Under the pieces are notes generated by a model, which saw only the letters and a list, made by a program, of their open reading frames with translations, had not been told where the DNA came from and searched no databases. From Klebsormidium nitens (Eukaryota > Plantae > Klebsormidiophyceae), in the NCBI GenBank assembly GCA_000708835.1, contig DF237597.1, positions 1 through 47,542 on the forward strand: a stretch of DNA of 47,542 nt, read 5' to 3'. Positions 24,401 through 35,900 of this stretch are shown here, piece by piece (the stretch's first letter is position 1; every line of letters starts with the position of its first letter). Made by a program: the position numbers and the translations under genes.

Positions 24401-27400
24401 CCTCAATCATAATGGCCTGCTCTGCGTTGCGGATCGACGAGTCCTCCACCAGGAGATCCACCTTCTCCTGAAAGCACTTGGTGAGGTCGCGGTGGTGCTT
24501 CCGCAGGTCGTTGTACACTTCGTCCGCCAGCCGCTTCTTGCGGTCCCGGTCGGTCGTCCAGGAGATGGGGACGCTGTCCGACACCTTCTCGTCCACGTCG
24601 AAGATCCATCTGCAGAGGTTGTTGTTGGTTTGACAGCTGTGCGCAACCTTCTCACTTTGTCAAACGCGAGGCAGTGTTCCTTCGGCAACTTCTCATGTGT
24701 TTTCAAAACTGCTGCCTTACAAAGTAATGTATCGTAGACGACATGGGCAGGGTGCCCAAAGAGTATTCATGTGGTCAACTTTTGAGTAAGGAACTGCGGC
24801 TGCTGATCTATGTATGCTTTGCGTTCGACGGATCCCTCTGCGCCAAGATTCACTTTGGAATACAGAAGACTCCAATCTGAAGCCAAGGGTAAAAGACCAC
24901 GTCACCAGAAATACGAAGACATCTCAAGCATGCACTCCGCTAGCTAGCCAGACTTGAGAGTCTACTCGATCCAATACCAGGCCGTACCCTTAAGCTAGCA
25001 CCCTTAGCCTCAGCTTGGTCATGAGATACTTCAGCAAGCTCTTGAAAAGGTACCCGCCAAACCAATCCGCAACCATGAACAGAGCATGCCCTGCCCTGAA
25101 TTCGATACTCTTGAGGAAAGCTTTGAAACCGCGGTTGCACTGAAGATCGCTCGCAGCGTATCTCACCGCAGCTGATCCTCAGGCCCCGGCGGGCTCTGCT
25201 CCACCACCTGCTCCCCTTCTCTTGGCACAATCTCCATTCCTTTCGCGTCATCTTTCCCCTTGCCGCTTTCAGATTCGTCAGCTGTGGACTTCTCCCCCGC
25301 GCCCTCTCCCGAAGCGGTCTCCTCCAACGGCCCAATCAGAGGCTCTTTCTCCATCGCCGAAGCCCCTTTCTCCTCCGCCTCTTCCCCAGCTGAGGGCTCC
25401 TTCAAAATCTCCTCTGCAAGTGCAGCCCCAGGGCCTTCCATCTCCTCTGCGGCCGGGGCCTCCTTCGGCCCCCCCGCGTCCCCCCCCGCTTCCGCCACCG
25501 GCACCCCCTCCGGCAGGAAGGGATCCCCCTTCTTGTACAGCAGCAGGTACATCAGCCGCTTGGACGGGGCGAGAACCTCCTCGCTTTCGGACAGGGTTAT
25601 GTCGAGCGGGACCGGCTCGTCCTCCTCGACATTGTACGTTACCGTCAGCTTGTTATCGCTGCCCTCTCCCAGGATCTCGTCCTCTAGGTATTGCCGCACC
25701 TGGGCGATGCTCTCCTCGTCAACCATGCGTAGCAGGTTCCAGTCGTGCTGCCACTCCACCGACGCGGACGGATCTGCGGGCCAGGCGTCTGCCTCAGTAG
25801 GGGTATCTGAGTGGCAAAACAGAGGATCACAGGAGAGATGCACATCCTAATCTGCTTGTCAAATTCTACTAATCACCCCATCTCCTAACCCTGCAGGTCA
25901 GAAAGCATCAGTACAGGTCTTTCAAAGGGTAAACAGCTCTGTCAGATGCATGAAGCAGCATCCCCCAAAACCAAGCCAATCTGGACATCTGATTCTACGA
26001 TCTTTCAAGCGGTCAATCACTTTAGTAGAAGCATTCGCGAAACAGGGGCCTGATCCAGAGAGCGCCAACTCAGGACACCTTCTCTCTTAGTTGCGCCCTC
26101 TGCAGACCGTAGAACCGTCTGTATGCAGTGTCGCCTGGACGCAACCTTCCAGCCAAAAATCAGAATGATAATCTGTGGACTAACCCGGGAGCAGGCTCTG
26201 CAGGACATCCACGAGGAACTGGAAGATCTTGTGCTGGTGGTTCATGAAGAACAGCTTGTGCTCAATCAGCACGCGCACGAGCCCCAGCAGCTCCCCCAGC
26301 GACTTGGCCCGCTTCTCGTCCTCCACCACTGGAAGCTCTACGTCCTGATTCCCGAGCGAGATCGGGCAGCCGTTTGCCCCATGCGTCGGACAGAAGTGCT
26401 CGCCGATCTCGGGGGGCGGGTTCTCCGAGTCCACAAAGTGCTCCCCCTCCTCGCCTTCCTTCAGCAGCGGCTCAAACTGCTCCCCCGCTTCCTCAAACTG
26501 GCTCTCTGCGGACTGGCCCCCCTCGCTGCCGTCCGCGTCGGCCGCGTTTGGGACGCTCTCGTGCGCGTCGAGAAAAGGGGCCTCGGACGTAGGGCTGTTA
26601 GGGGATAGAGCCGGCTTTGCATCGGGGCCGATGATACGCTTTTGGAGGGCGTCTTCCAGGAGGAGCCGTGCAGCTTCCTTTCCGTCGGTTGGAAGCATCT
26701 TATCAATGTCAAAGTTGGGGGGCAGGTCCACGGGAGAGATGTCGCCCCCCGCGGGGAAAATGAGGTGCTTCTCCTGGACGTGGACCTTGTGCTCGATCCC
26801 CGTCTTGAACTTTGCGCTGCACCTGAAGAGCAAAACCTCAAAGCGTCAATCTCTTTCATGATCAAACCTAAGTGGAGTGAAGGGCGTATAGAATGCCCGT
26901 CCTCTTAAAGCAGATTACAGAGCACAAAAAGTTGCAAACGATTTGGAGGCCATGCTTGTGGTGGTGCTTTTGATGGGGCAATTGAACATTAAGACAGTTG
27001 GAAGAGCTCTTCCCTTTTTATATGCATTGTATCAAAGGAGATCTGACAGCAGGCATGCGCCAAAAGACGGGTACACAAAATCATACCAAAACAAAGAAAC
27101 AAACACTGTGTTCACCTTGTTGAACACCAGCGCAATATGAAAAGTGGCAGAGGCATTAGAATCAGGCGATTGTGAAAAGATTGATAGAAGCACGTAACCA
27201 CCACCCTCATCGGGGGTTTTCCTGACACATTTAGGCGTAGTTTGTGACTGCTTATTGAAGGCAGAATGAGCATATGACACCAAAACCAACTTTTGTGTAT
27301 ATCTAGGATCTGTGTCTACCTAAAGTGGTACGGACCCCAAAATAGAAATTAATTGGTCTACGCTCTTCCATCAAAGCAGAAAACTTACTATCAAATACGA

Positions 27401-29081
27401 ACTGAGCACACCACCATGCAACGACCATGCATCAGAAGATTCTAAAGAGGTCTGAAAAGCACTCTTCACTTTTTCACCATCACGTAACAAGAAGGTACCT
27501 CGAACAGTGTGCTGATATACTCTCTCCAATGGTTGGTAAAGGTTGCATGGCAGCGGAAAAATCCTACCATCGCTGCCGAAGCCTGCTAAAGTTTGCCAAT
27601 GACCTTTTACCCAAACCTTCAAAGACAGCAGCTAACTTTTCTCATTGTATCAGATCTTTTGAAACCCATGCCCAACCATGAGCAACTAAACCCATTCGAA
27701 ACAAGGACATAGAAAGTCAACAATGTGGCTGCACTCACTTGTGGCAGAGCCAGTACTTCCACACTTGATTCTCCTTGTAGAACTCGAGCGCCTCCTCCAG
27801 CACGCTGCTCGACTCGGCACTCCTGCTCGACTTGAGCCGCTGCGCCAACTCGCTGACAGGCACCTGTAGCAGCTGCTCCCGCTGCTCCGAGACCGCAGTC
27901 TCCCAGAACGGCTGCACCTTCTTCATCTTCTCATCCGCCCCATTCTTCTGGCCCTTGCTTTTGGCCCCCCGCTTCTTCTCCCCCCCCTTGCCGCCCCGCT
28001 GCTGTTCTCGCTCCTCCACCTCTCCCGCCTCTGCCGCCTCCTTAGCCCCCTTCCGCTTCTCCTGCGCCTCCTTCTGATGCATCAGCAGCCGCGTCGCCTC
28101 CAGCTGCGCCTCAATCTGCTTCCGCCGTTCCGCCTCCGTCTTGGTGCTCTTTTTCACCTCGTTCGCTCGTTTTGGCTGCAGGATGCGCTGCTCCAGGTCC
28201 TTGTCATTGCTCTGCAATTGCCGCATCAGCGGGACGAAGTTGCCCTCGCTGTCCACGCTCACGTGCTTGAAGACATGCTGCAGCCCCGACAGCTTCATCT
28301 GATGCGACAGCTGCCGCAGCTGGTGCTTGAAGTGGCCAATCCTCATCTCAGTGGTCTTCAGCTCTTCAGGCAGTTCTCCCAGCATGTCCCTTGCCGGATC
28401 CCTGGGCTCCACAATGCCCAGCGCACGCTCGCATTCCGCTATGGCCTGCGCATTCTCCTCCCCATCGACGTACTCTTGCAGCAACATCGCATAAAAGAAG
28501 GCGTGCTCTACCGAGTTGGGGCTCAGTGTGGTCGCCAGCTTCGCAGCCTCGAGCGCTGTCTTGATGTGCTGCTTCTTCAGCTTGCTCGCATCATTCTGCT
28601 GCTCCGCGAGCCGCTTCTCTATGTAGGCATGATACCTGAACCCCAGGGAGATGGTGGGATGCTTCTGGCATGTCTCCTTGATTGCTTTCTGAGCCCTCTG
28701 CGGATTGTTTTTCATTGTCTTCACCGCCTTCTCGCATTCTGTCCGCACAGTGTCATCCTCGCTGGGGCCAGCGACCTTGGGTTTGGTTGCTTTGGCAGGC
28801 ACAATGGCTTTGCCCTTCCCGGACGACCCAGCCTTTGTCAACTTCTTATCCTTCTCCTTGTCAGGTTTTCGGTCCTTCTCCTTCTCTTTCTCCTTGTCCT
28901 TGTCCTTGTGTTTGTCTTTTTCCTTCTTCTTTTTTGCTTTCCCGGTGCCATTCTGTTCAGACTGCATTGCGCCGGACTTCCCAGACAAACCCAGCAATTG
29001 CTGCTCCTCGGCGGGTTCAGAAACCTCAGAGGCATCTTCCCCTCCATTTGATGAGGCTCTGCTTCCCACCTCCTCCGCCAT
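15415..29081 (-). CDS. Ubiquitin carboxyl-terminal hydrolase-related protein (DUF627 + C2H2-like finger/DUF629 + USP53/54-type UCH domain), about 1935 aa
   Basis: 17 exons: 27739-29081, 26185-26822, 25167-25806, 24402-24609, 23489-23863, 23127-23255, 22545-22712, 22031-22141, 21383-21550, 20465-20709, 19395-19965, 18684-18967, 18044-18233, 17363-17641, 16735-16882, 15924-16144, 15415-15504. Phases are consistent, total 5808 nt; an alternative ATG at 29108 adds 9 aa. Motifs: LSPNSVEHAFFYA, WKYWLCHKCSAKF..H..H...H, FDYRQAIVPILK, GLVNETGQYNCFLNVVIQSLWHL, HVGHPCVVCAL, GQMNDASEVL, CDPDIGGC, VCYYGQHYHCFAY, WVMFDD, GHLQPQVLFYE. These match the Arabidopsis At3g47890-type family as I recall it. Confidence 0.95.
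15762..15815 (-). repeat. Decayed copy of the UCH exon 16 3' end plus donor site, inside intron 16
   Basis: Minus strand caaccaggagcttgctaggtcatgttcgacgatacgccgtcaag|gtgaggc versus true caaccaggagctcgcgcgctgggtcatgttcgacgacaccaccgtcaag|gtgaggc. Confidence 0.85.
15860..15892. repeat. 11-bp tandem repeat (cttgacaccaa)x3
   Basis: Three exact adjacent copies. Confidence 0.9.
16981..17270 (-). repeat. Cluster of decayed splice-junction copies in UCH intron 14 (two acceptor+exon 15 copies, one exon 14+donor copy)
   Basis: 16981-17045 is a near-exact copy of the branch point, AG and start of exon 15. 17101-17146 is a more diverged copy. 17199-17270 is a copy of the exon 14 end plus gtgggttt. Confidence 0.85.
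17847..17870 (-). repeat. Short copy of the UCH exon 14 start behind an AG in intron 13
   Basis: cttcgag|ggccagatgaacgacgc versus true ccccag|ggccaaatgaacgacgc (16/17 identical). Confidence 0.65.
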
Positions 29082-29456
29082 GTCGGCAGTCTCACGTATT
29101 TGTACCATCCTTCTGTCACACACTCCTAGTGCATGTCAACCAAACAAACCTTCTGAGCATGCGGTTTGGCCATGTTATTTCCCTTCAAAGGTCCCCAGAA
29201 CTTCTCTTCTACGCCACCCTGAACTCCTTGCTAAGGAATGAGCCCCTCATGGTCGCCTGGTAATGACATGGCTGAGCGCCATGATCGTCACTGCTCTGAC
29301 TCTTTGAAGTTGAAGTTCGAGTCTGGGTGTCGCAGTCGAAATGTCGTCTTCCACAAATTTTTTCTAGCTTTGTAACTGGGCAATACGCCCCTATATTAAG
29401 TGCCTTGCGGGCTAATATGTATCTTCAAAAGCTGGCATCAGTCCACAAAATGGGTA

Positions 29457-29692
29457 AGAGTATAGGCCCTAATTCCGGAATTTTGCAATTCCGGACGGGC
29501 AGAGCGAAATCCTTATTTTGGACCTAACAGATTCAGTCGGTGAGTTGACACACGGAATCGCATTCAAACAATCCGGAATTTAAAGTGGTGAAAGTCTTGG
29601 TATGCTCGGTAGACTGCTTCGTTAGGTCCGGAATAACATTTCTGCTTTACCCGTCCGGAATTGCAAAATTCCGGAATTAGGGCCGATACTCT
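29457..29692. mobile_element. 236-bp MITE with about 50-bp terminal inverted repeats and TA flanks (Tc1/mariner-Stowaway-like)
   Basis: Left end agagtataggccctaattccggaattttgcaattccggacgggcagagc; reverse complement of right end agagtatcggccctaattccggaattttgcaattccggacgggtaaagc. TA at 29455-29456 and 29693-29694. Six TCCGGA sites inside; no transposase ORF. Confidence 0.85.
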
Positions 29693-29942
29693 TATGGCAT
29701 CTCGTCGCGCAAATCTGGGAGAATAGAAACTGAGACACCTATAGTAGGTAATCATCAGGTTTTATGTAGGTAGGAAGAATCGTGAAGAATGTGGCAGAAG
29801 TTTACCAGTTCGGAGCTTTCGAGAGGGGAAGCTCCAGTGCAAGAATCTGAAACACAGACAGACGGTTAAACTTACAGACCTTCCTTCAGGTCGTCCATCA
29901 GCATCGATTCATGCCCAGCTGAAACACTTCGAACTGCGCACC

Positions 29943-32900
29943 ATGGAGTCTCTGCAGGCAATGTCACAACCACACGGGTTCCTGCTTTCACACCCACCAT
30001 GCGAGCGCAGGGCACCTGCTGGTGGACAATGCAGCAGCTTAGTCCAGTCCTTGCTGCATCAAAACTTGCCCGGTCTCCTACGTACTTCAAGGTCCTACAT
30101 GCATTACAGTCCTCTGGCCCATCCTATGAAGCTTCCACATCACAGGAAGCAAGCGAGCCTGATGCCCCCCAGGGCTGTAGTAGAGAGCAATGTTGAAACA
30201 TCCCGGTCAGTAGAAGATGCGCGGGAATCTTTGCTTGATGCCATATCGGGGGTGGGAGGCAGGGGCAGAGTTGCGTCAGATCTACAGAAGAAAGTGAGTC
30301 AGTACTGTGCTTGGGCCATGCTTCTGTGCATCAACATAGATTCCCCGTCCCAACATGAAGTTCGTTGAGTTTCAATCTTCCTTTCTTGAGCGTTCTTACT
30401 GGTGGCAAGACTTTAAGAACGTTCCTATGCTGCATCAACATATTCTCCTGTTCAATAGCTTTGGGTAAGTTGAGTGTGCACAATGTGCCCCTCTGTGTAT
30501 AAAAGAAACCTGCATTAGCCCTACATTCATTGGAGCAGAAAATGTAAGAGATGCTTAAGGGGGCCACGAGCGGGCAAAAGACATCACAAGCAGTTCTGTT
30601 GCAGGCTCTTTTATACCACCTTGAAAAAGAATATAGAGAGGTGTCGTGTATCGCTGTTGCCATTCTTTTCTGATAGTTGCTCACAAAACCCTCATAATCT
30701 TGAGGTACTTGAACTCATCGAGCTTTCACAATGTTTGTGAGACTTCCTTAAACAAGAAAGTTGATCTAAAGTGGCCTTGTACACCTCTTCCAGGTCATAG
30801 ACGACTGTGTTCGGGTGCTTGAGGAAGATGGCGGCCTTCAGAATCCCACGGAGGCAGAATCACTAGAAGGGCGCTGGCAACTGGTATACACGACACGACC
30901 GGGGACTGCGTCGCCAATTCAACGGAGCTTCGTTGGGGTTGATGCATTCACAGTGTTTCAGGTGAGGAGGCGTGATTGACAGCTCCCAGTATTGGCATGC
31001 CGTTTCCACTTTCCTGAACATGCTCTTTGAAACTCAGCCCCATGTGGTTGGTTCCGGCAGTCCGTTCGTTGTTTAGCTTGTTACAGGAGTTTCGAACTTC
31101 GTATCAACAGGTTCAGTATTACTAGGCTATCTTTGTGTTGAGTTTACTGCAGTCTTGAAAATAGTTGCTTGACTGCAATCCTGACGGCCCACGTCAATCC
31201 ACGAAGAAGCACCTGACGCTGGAATGCGCAAACATTGCGAGACTGAATCCTTGAAGTCAGTCATTTGTTGCTTGAGTCCAAGATGCGGCTTCTCATAGTA
31301 ACTTGATACTGGACGACAAAGGTGCCCCTCAGAAACAGGAGGAGGATCGTACGTATGTTGCCCCAGATCTCAGCAGATAATCAGCTGCCTATTCTTGCAG
31401 GAAATCGTTCTGAGAAACACCGACGATCCACGCGTGACCAACACCGTGAACTTTGGCAAGAAGATTGGCGAGCTGCGGGTGGAGGTAAGCCCTAACAGTC
31501 TCAGGACGGATGGGGTTAGTTTGGGGGAGGGGAAAAGCGATGCGGAGCAGGTTCGATTATCGGGTCCAGGTCTTTGAATTTGAAGGGGTCCCTTATTATC
31601 TATGGCCCATATAATACATCGACCACTTTTTGTAAGACCTGGTGGTCGAAGACATGTCCATATCCCAGTTATATGGTAAATAAACATTTCGTCGAGAGTT
31701 GCGCCAGACCAAAGGCAAGCGAAAGGCTGCTTTTCATTGATCCGACGTAGACAAACAATCACCTTCAGAGGGATCTGGACCGTTGCGATCTGGAGGGGGT
31801 AGTGCTTTCTCAGTCGTCCGATCGGATGCTCTGACTTGCTAATATGAAAAGTGCATTAAAATGGAGTCGTCTGTGTCCAATATGGTCAAGAACTGGGTCG
31901 AAGCTTGATGATTGGGCAATGGATATGACACCGCGCCCCTTCTCTTCTCGCTTCGAGTTCCCTCTTCCACAACACTCTCATTCCTACAGGATTTCACAAG
32001 AACAAGAAGTCCTCCATCAGGCCTCGTTCACTGGGCAAGACGCCCCACTTTGGCATTCCCAAAAGGTAGTTGCTTCGATCGCCACGAAACTTTTCTCCAA
32101 GATAGAGCTCTCTTCGGACGTAACCTCACACGAGGTCCCCCTTTACTCAGGCGGTTGCTTCGATCGCCACTGGAGTCCGTATCAACTTCCGCTTCGACCG
32201 AGCCGCCTTCCATTTCCAATTCCTGCCGTTCAAAGTCCCGTACCCCGTCCCGTTCAAGCTGCTCGATGACGAAGCCAAGGGCTGGCTTGATACCGTATAC
32301 TTGTCTCCGGAGGGCAACCTGCGCATCTCGAAAGGGAATAAGGTACGGCTGTCGATTTCGCCTCTTTGCCTGGACCTTTCCTTACTCGACTCCCATTGGT
32401 GCACGTCGATACGTCCAGATCAATAGTTTCACAAAGTCCATTTGGTCCGGGACTCTGTTTAACAAACGTTGGAAGTCGTCAAACCTGGAAGGTATCCCTC
32501 GTTTCGATCCATTTCAGAGGGTTTCTTTATTGAAAATCAACAACGTGGCCTTAAGCCTGTGAAGGGACTCCTTTCGAGCTTTGAAAGCGTGGGCGCCGAT
32601 GCCTCTCATTCTGTCATGTGTCCGAGCAATGTCTTGGTGGATGGACCTTAAGCACTCTCGCTATGCTTCTACGTCTATTAACCGATTCTTGTCTGCCAAC
32701 TTCGACAGACGATGAACTTCCACCCCCCCTCGAATCTGTTCGGCCCTGTTGTGCTCTTCCGGCGTCACGAGACTACTCTCGCCCTCTCCTTCTTCAGACG
32801 GGTTGTGATATGCTCCAGACACCTCTCGAATCTGATTTTTAAGGTTTTATCGTCAAGATCACTTCTCAGAAAGTTGGTCCGTAAAACAGCCAGTCGTGCA

Positions 32901-35900
32901 GACTAGCCGCAGACCATTGAAGCAAATTGCTAAGTTTGCAGGGAACGACTTTCGTGCTGCAACGCAACCCGGGGCCCCGACAGAAGCTGCTCTTGGCAGT
33001 CAAGTCGAAACGGGACGTAGAGCAGGTACGTACTGCATAGCTTTCAGCGCTTTCTACATGAACAGTCTCGGTGTTCCGCCCTTTTGAAACATCCTTTCGA
33101 ATCATTTTCCGGTCGAATGACTGTCCAGCGTGGTAAGAACTTTGGGTTGCTGGTGTCTGACAGCTAAGACTCTCAGAGGTTTAAAACTGGCTCATGTTCT
33201 AGTCTGCACAACTCTCAGGTAAGCTCTCGTTGAATCTACTTGGAGTAGATGCGGTGAGAGAAGGGCCCTCGTTGAATTCGCCCTCTTCGTGACTTTTCTC
33301 AGTGTTTTCTGTTCGAAGAAGAGGAACCTTGGTTGACTTTCTCTCTCTGTGATTCTTGTCGGAGTAGCTTGAAATGAAGGGGATGCCTCCTTCTGAATTC
33401 TTCGTGGACTTGTTGTGCTTGGCCAGTGTACTTCTGACAGCACAAGATGCATGAGCAATCCTGCTTAGGGATGCACGAGCGCCGTGCATCTTAGAAATAT
33501 TGGATGTGGTAGCTCCGCAACCATTGACTGGTACCAACGAATAATTGGTATCAATCGCAGTCGCTGCAGCTTCGACTGCAAATGGTTCGTTGACTGCAAA
33601 TCCAAGCGACCGTTGAGGCGAAGTCTCATGCGATCGGTCGCCGGTGGGAAACATACCCACGACGCCGATGTAGGGAGGAACGTACTGATCTCTCCGCAGC
33701 AATGTTTCTATTACATTTCAATATGATTGAAATATCCCCACTTCTTCTCTCCACTTAGGAAGGATATCTGCCTACTCTAAAGCCCAGCTTTCGTTGGCGA
33801 ATTTTGCGCCTGGCTTCACGTGATGAAGTTAGAAGTCGCCTGTGTGTAGACCGGCCTCATGCTGCTAACGTCTGTATGGTTGAAATAAGTCGGTCTGACT
33901 TGCTCTATTCCAGGCGTTGTGACCTTATCATTGCTATCAAGGAAGGATCTTGCCCAAGATTGTTTCTGCACGCACAGTTTTCTGCACAGTTTTCTGCACT
34001 GTTTACCTCCGGCCCTGTACTTTCCGTCCTTCAAATAGCGGCGCTGTGAGGCTGCCCGATCACTGGCGATGATGAGGGACTGGGCTGGGCTTGCCCATGA
34101 GAGGTTTGTCTAAACCTCCGATGCCAACGTTTTGCTCTTCAAAGTTCAGAGTATACCAAAGTTCTGCGTACGATTATCGTGGCACTCTGCCGCTCCAATG
34201 TTCTACACTTTCACCTACCTTTGCAAAATTTCTGCAACGTTCAGCGTGAGTGATTTAGCCAGTGCACTGCATTGTCTGAGATCCCTGCGTTAGAGACTGC
34301 ACTTCAAGGATACTTCTGCCCTGCGCCCTCGTTCAGTTCCGACACTCAACGAGCCGATTGTCACCTTCACCCTGTTTTTCTTTCTCGCAGAAAGGGTTTA
34401 ACAACGTCCCCGGCTGTGGCAGTTTTTGTTTTATAAGATGCAGAAGCTCCAATACGGCTGTTTTAAAAGGCGTTTCATTGTTCCGTGAACATTTATTAAC
34501 TGGCCGCTTGTTTGCCTTTCCAATGACGCCTTGCTCTTTGCTTTGTTTCGTCATTTGAGAACCTCCCATTCCAACTCGTATTCCCGTCGTTTTTGGGGAG
34601 TTCAACCACGTGATTGAACAGCTAAGTCAGTCACAGACCAGGCACTTTTCTAGTCAGCAAGAAATCTATCTATCGTCCGTCCAAAGATGGCGGGCCGATG
34701 TTTCTTAGCACGTTATTGATCTCGCCGTCACAGTGACGTCATCAGTGACACAGGGCCTGTGGCAGCGGCCTCTTCGTAGCTAAAATCTGAATTCAACCGA
34801 CATAGGCCACGTGGCCCTTCAGGGGCCGCATCAAGCGAGCAGAATGTTTTTTGCTGTTGCCGTCCTTGCGTGCACCGGCTCACCTTTGATCACTATTGAA
34901 GCTGGAAAGGGTGTTCAGATTTGACAGACGGTTAGTCACCGATCCTTTCAGAAGGGAGCTTTCGGCATCAGTCGCTGCTTTTCTTTCTGGGCTGCGCAGG
35001 AGGCGGTGCAAATGCAGTTGCGGCATTCGAGACTTTGCTTTTAACCTCTGCTCTATTCATAGTTTTTCCTCTTTTCTCTTGTGCTCTACCTGGTATGAAT
35101 GGATAAGCTGTCTTCGAGCTGTACTGTTGCACACCCCTACAACCGTCGCTAACAAAGACTGGTGGCAGTGATGAGATCCACTTGGGCTCATGGATCAGCT
35201 TGCCCAGTTTCCATCGGTCCAGTGAAGCCACGTTCTTTAGCAGGGAGAAGTATTTGGTGCGCGAAGCTGACTCGCATCACACCGCCTGCTTCCATTTATC
35301 AATTTTCTATGGCCAGCACGCATCCTAGCCCGTCTCTGTTTCCAACTTTTCCCCGAAGAGAAGGTCGCAAACGCTTCAGGACTGTTAGCACTCACACGCT
35401 CTCAAGCCTTTTGTCGTCCGAGTCTCCTCAAGCTCTAGATCGCCCATACATCCTCTGTTTTCATTTACAGATCCTTCAATTGCGGGCAATCGAAGGGTCA
35501 AAAGGCTGCAGTCATCAACGTCTGAAACTTGATTCCGCTCCCGCTTGCAGGCAATCGAGGAGTTGAAACCGCTCAATCCTAACATCGCCCCTGCCAAATC
35601 TGAGGCGCTGTCGGGAAAGTGGCGCCTTGTCTGGACATCACAGGTAGGCATGGTAGTCGGAGCGTTCACCCTTTTATGTACATTGGACCGTTCAAGCCTT
35701 CAATCAGCAGATGAGATACTTCCCGGCTCACATTCGTGGCAAAGCCCCTGGCACTCATCGGTCTCTGTCGGCTATTAAGATTTGGATTCCGAGGCAGGCC
35801 GTTTCCTTGTCGGGCTTACGTTGTACTGCCCGTTGAACGTGTGCTGACTAACGATTCGACGAGATGATTCCACAGATGGTCAAATATCTACAAGCCTGAG

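Noticed and set aside
28077-29051. 324-aa plus-strand ORF (and overlapping 178- and 193-aa ORFs)
   Set aside because: Antisense shadow of UCH exon 1; no independent motifs.
33199-33702. 167-aa antisense ORF in FBN10 intron 5 (and 34333-34605)
   Set aside because: No ATG at the ORF start (a non-ATG start in the track), no good minus-strand acceptor and weak codon bias; K/N/E content is explained by the T-rich sense intron.
34754-34809. 7-bp stem GGCCTGT/ATAGGCC with a downstream T6 tract, tRNA-like
   Set aside because: Only 55 nt end to end, with no cloverleaf or A/B boxes.
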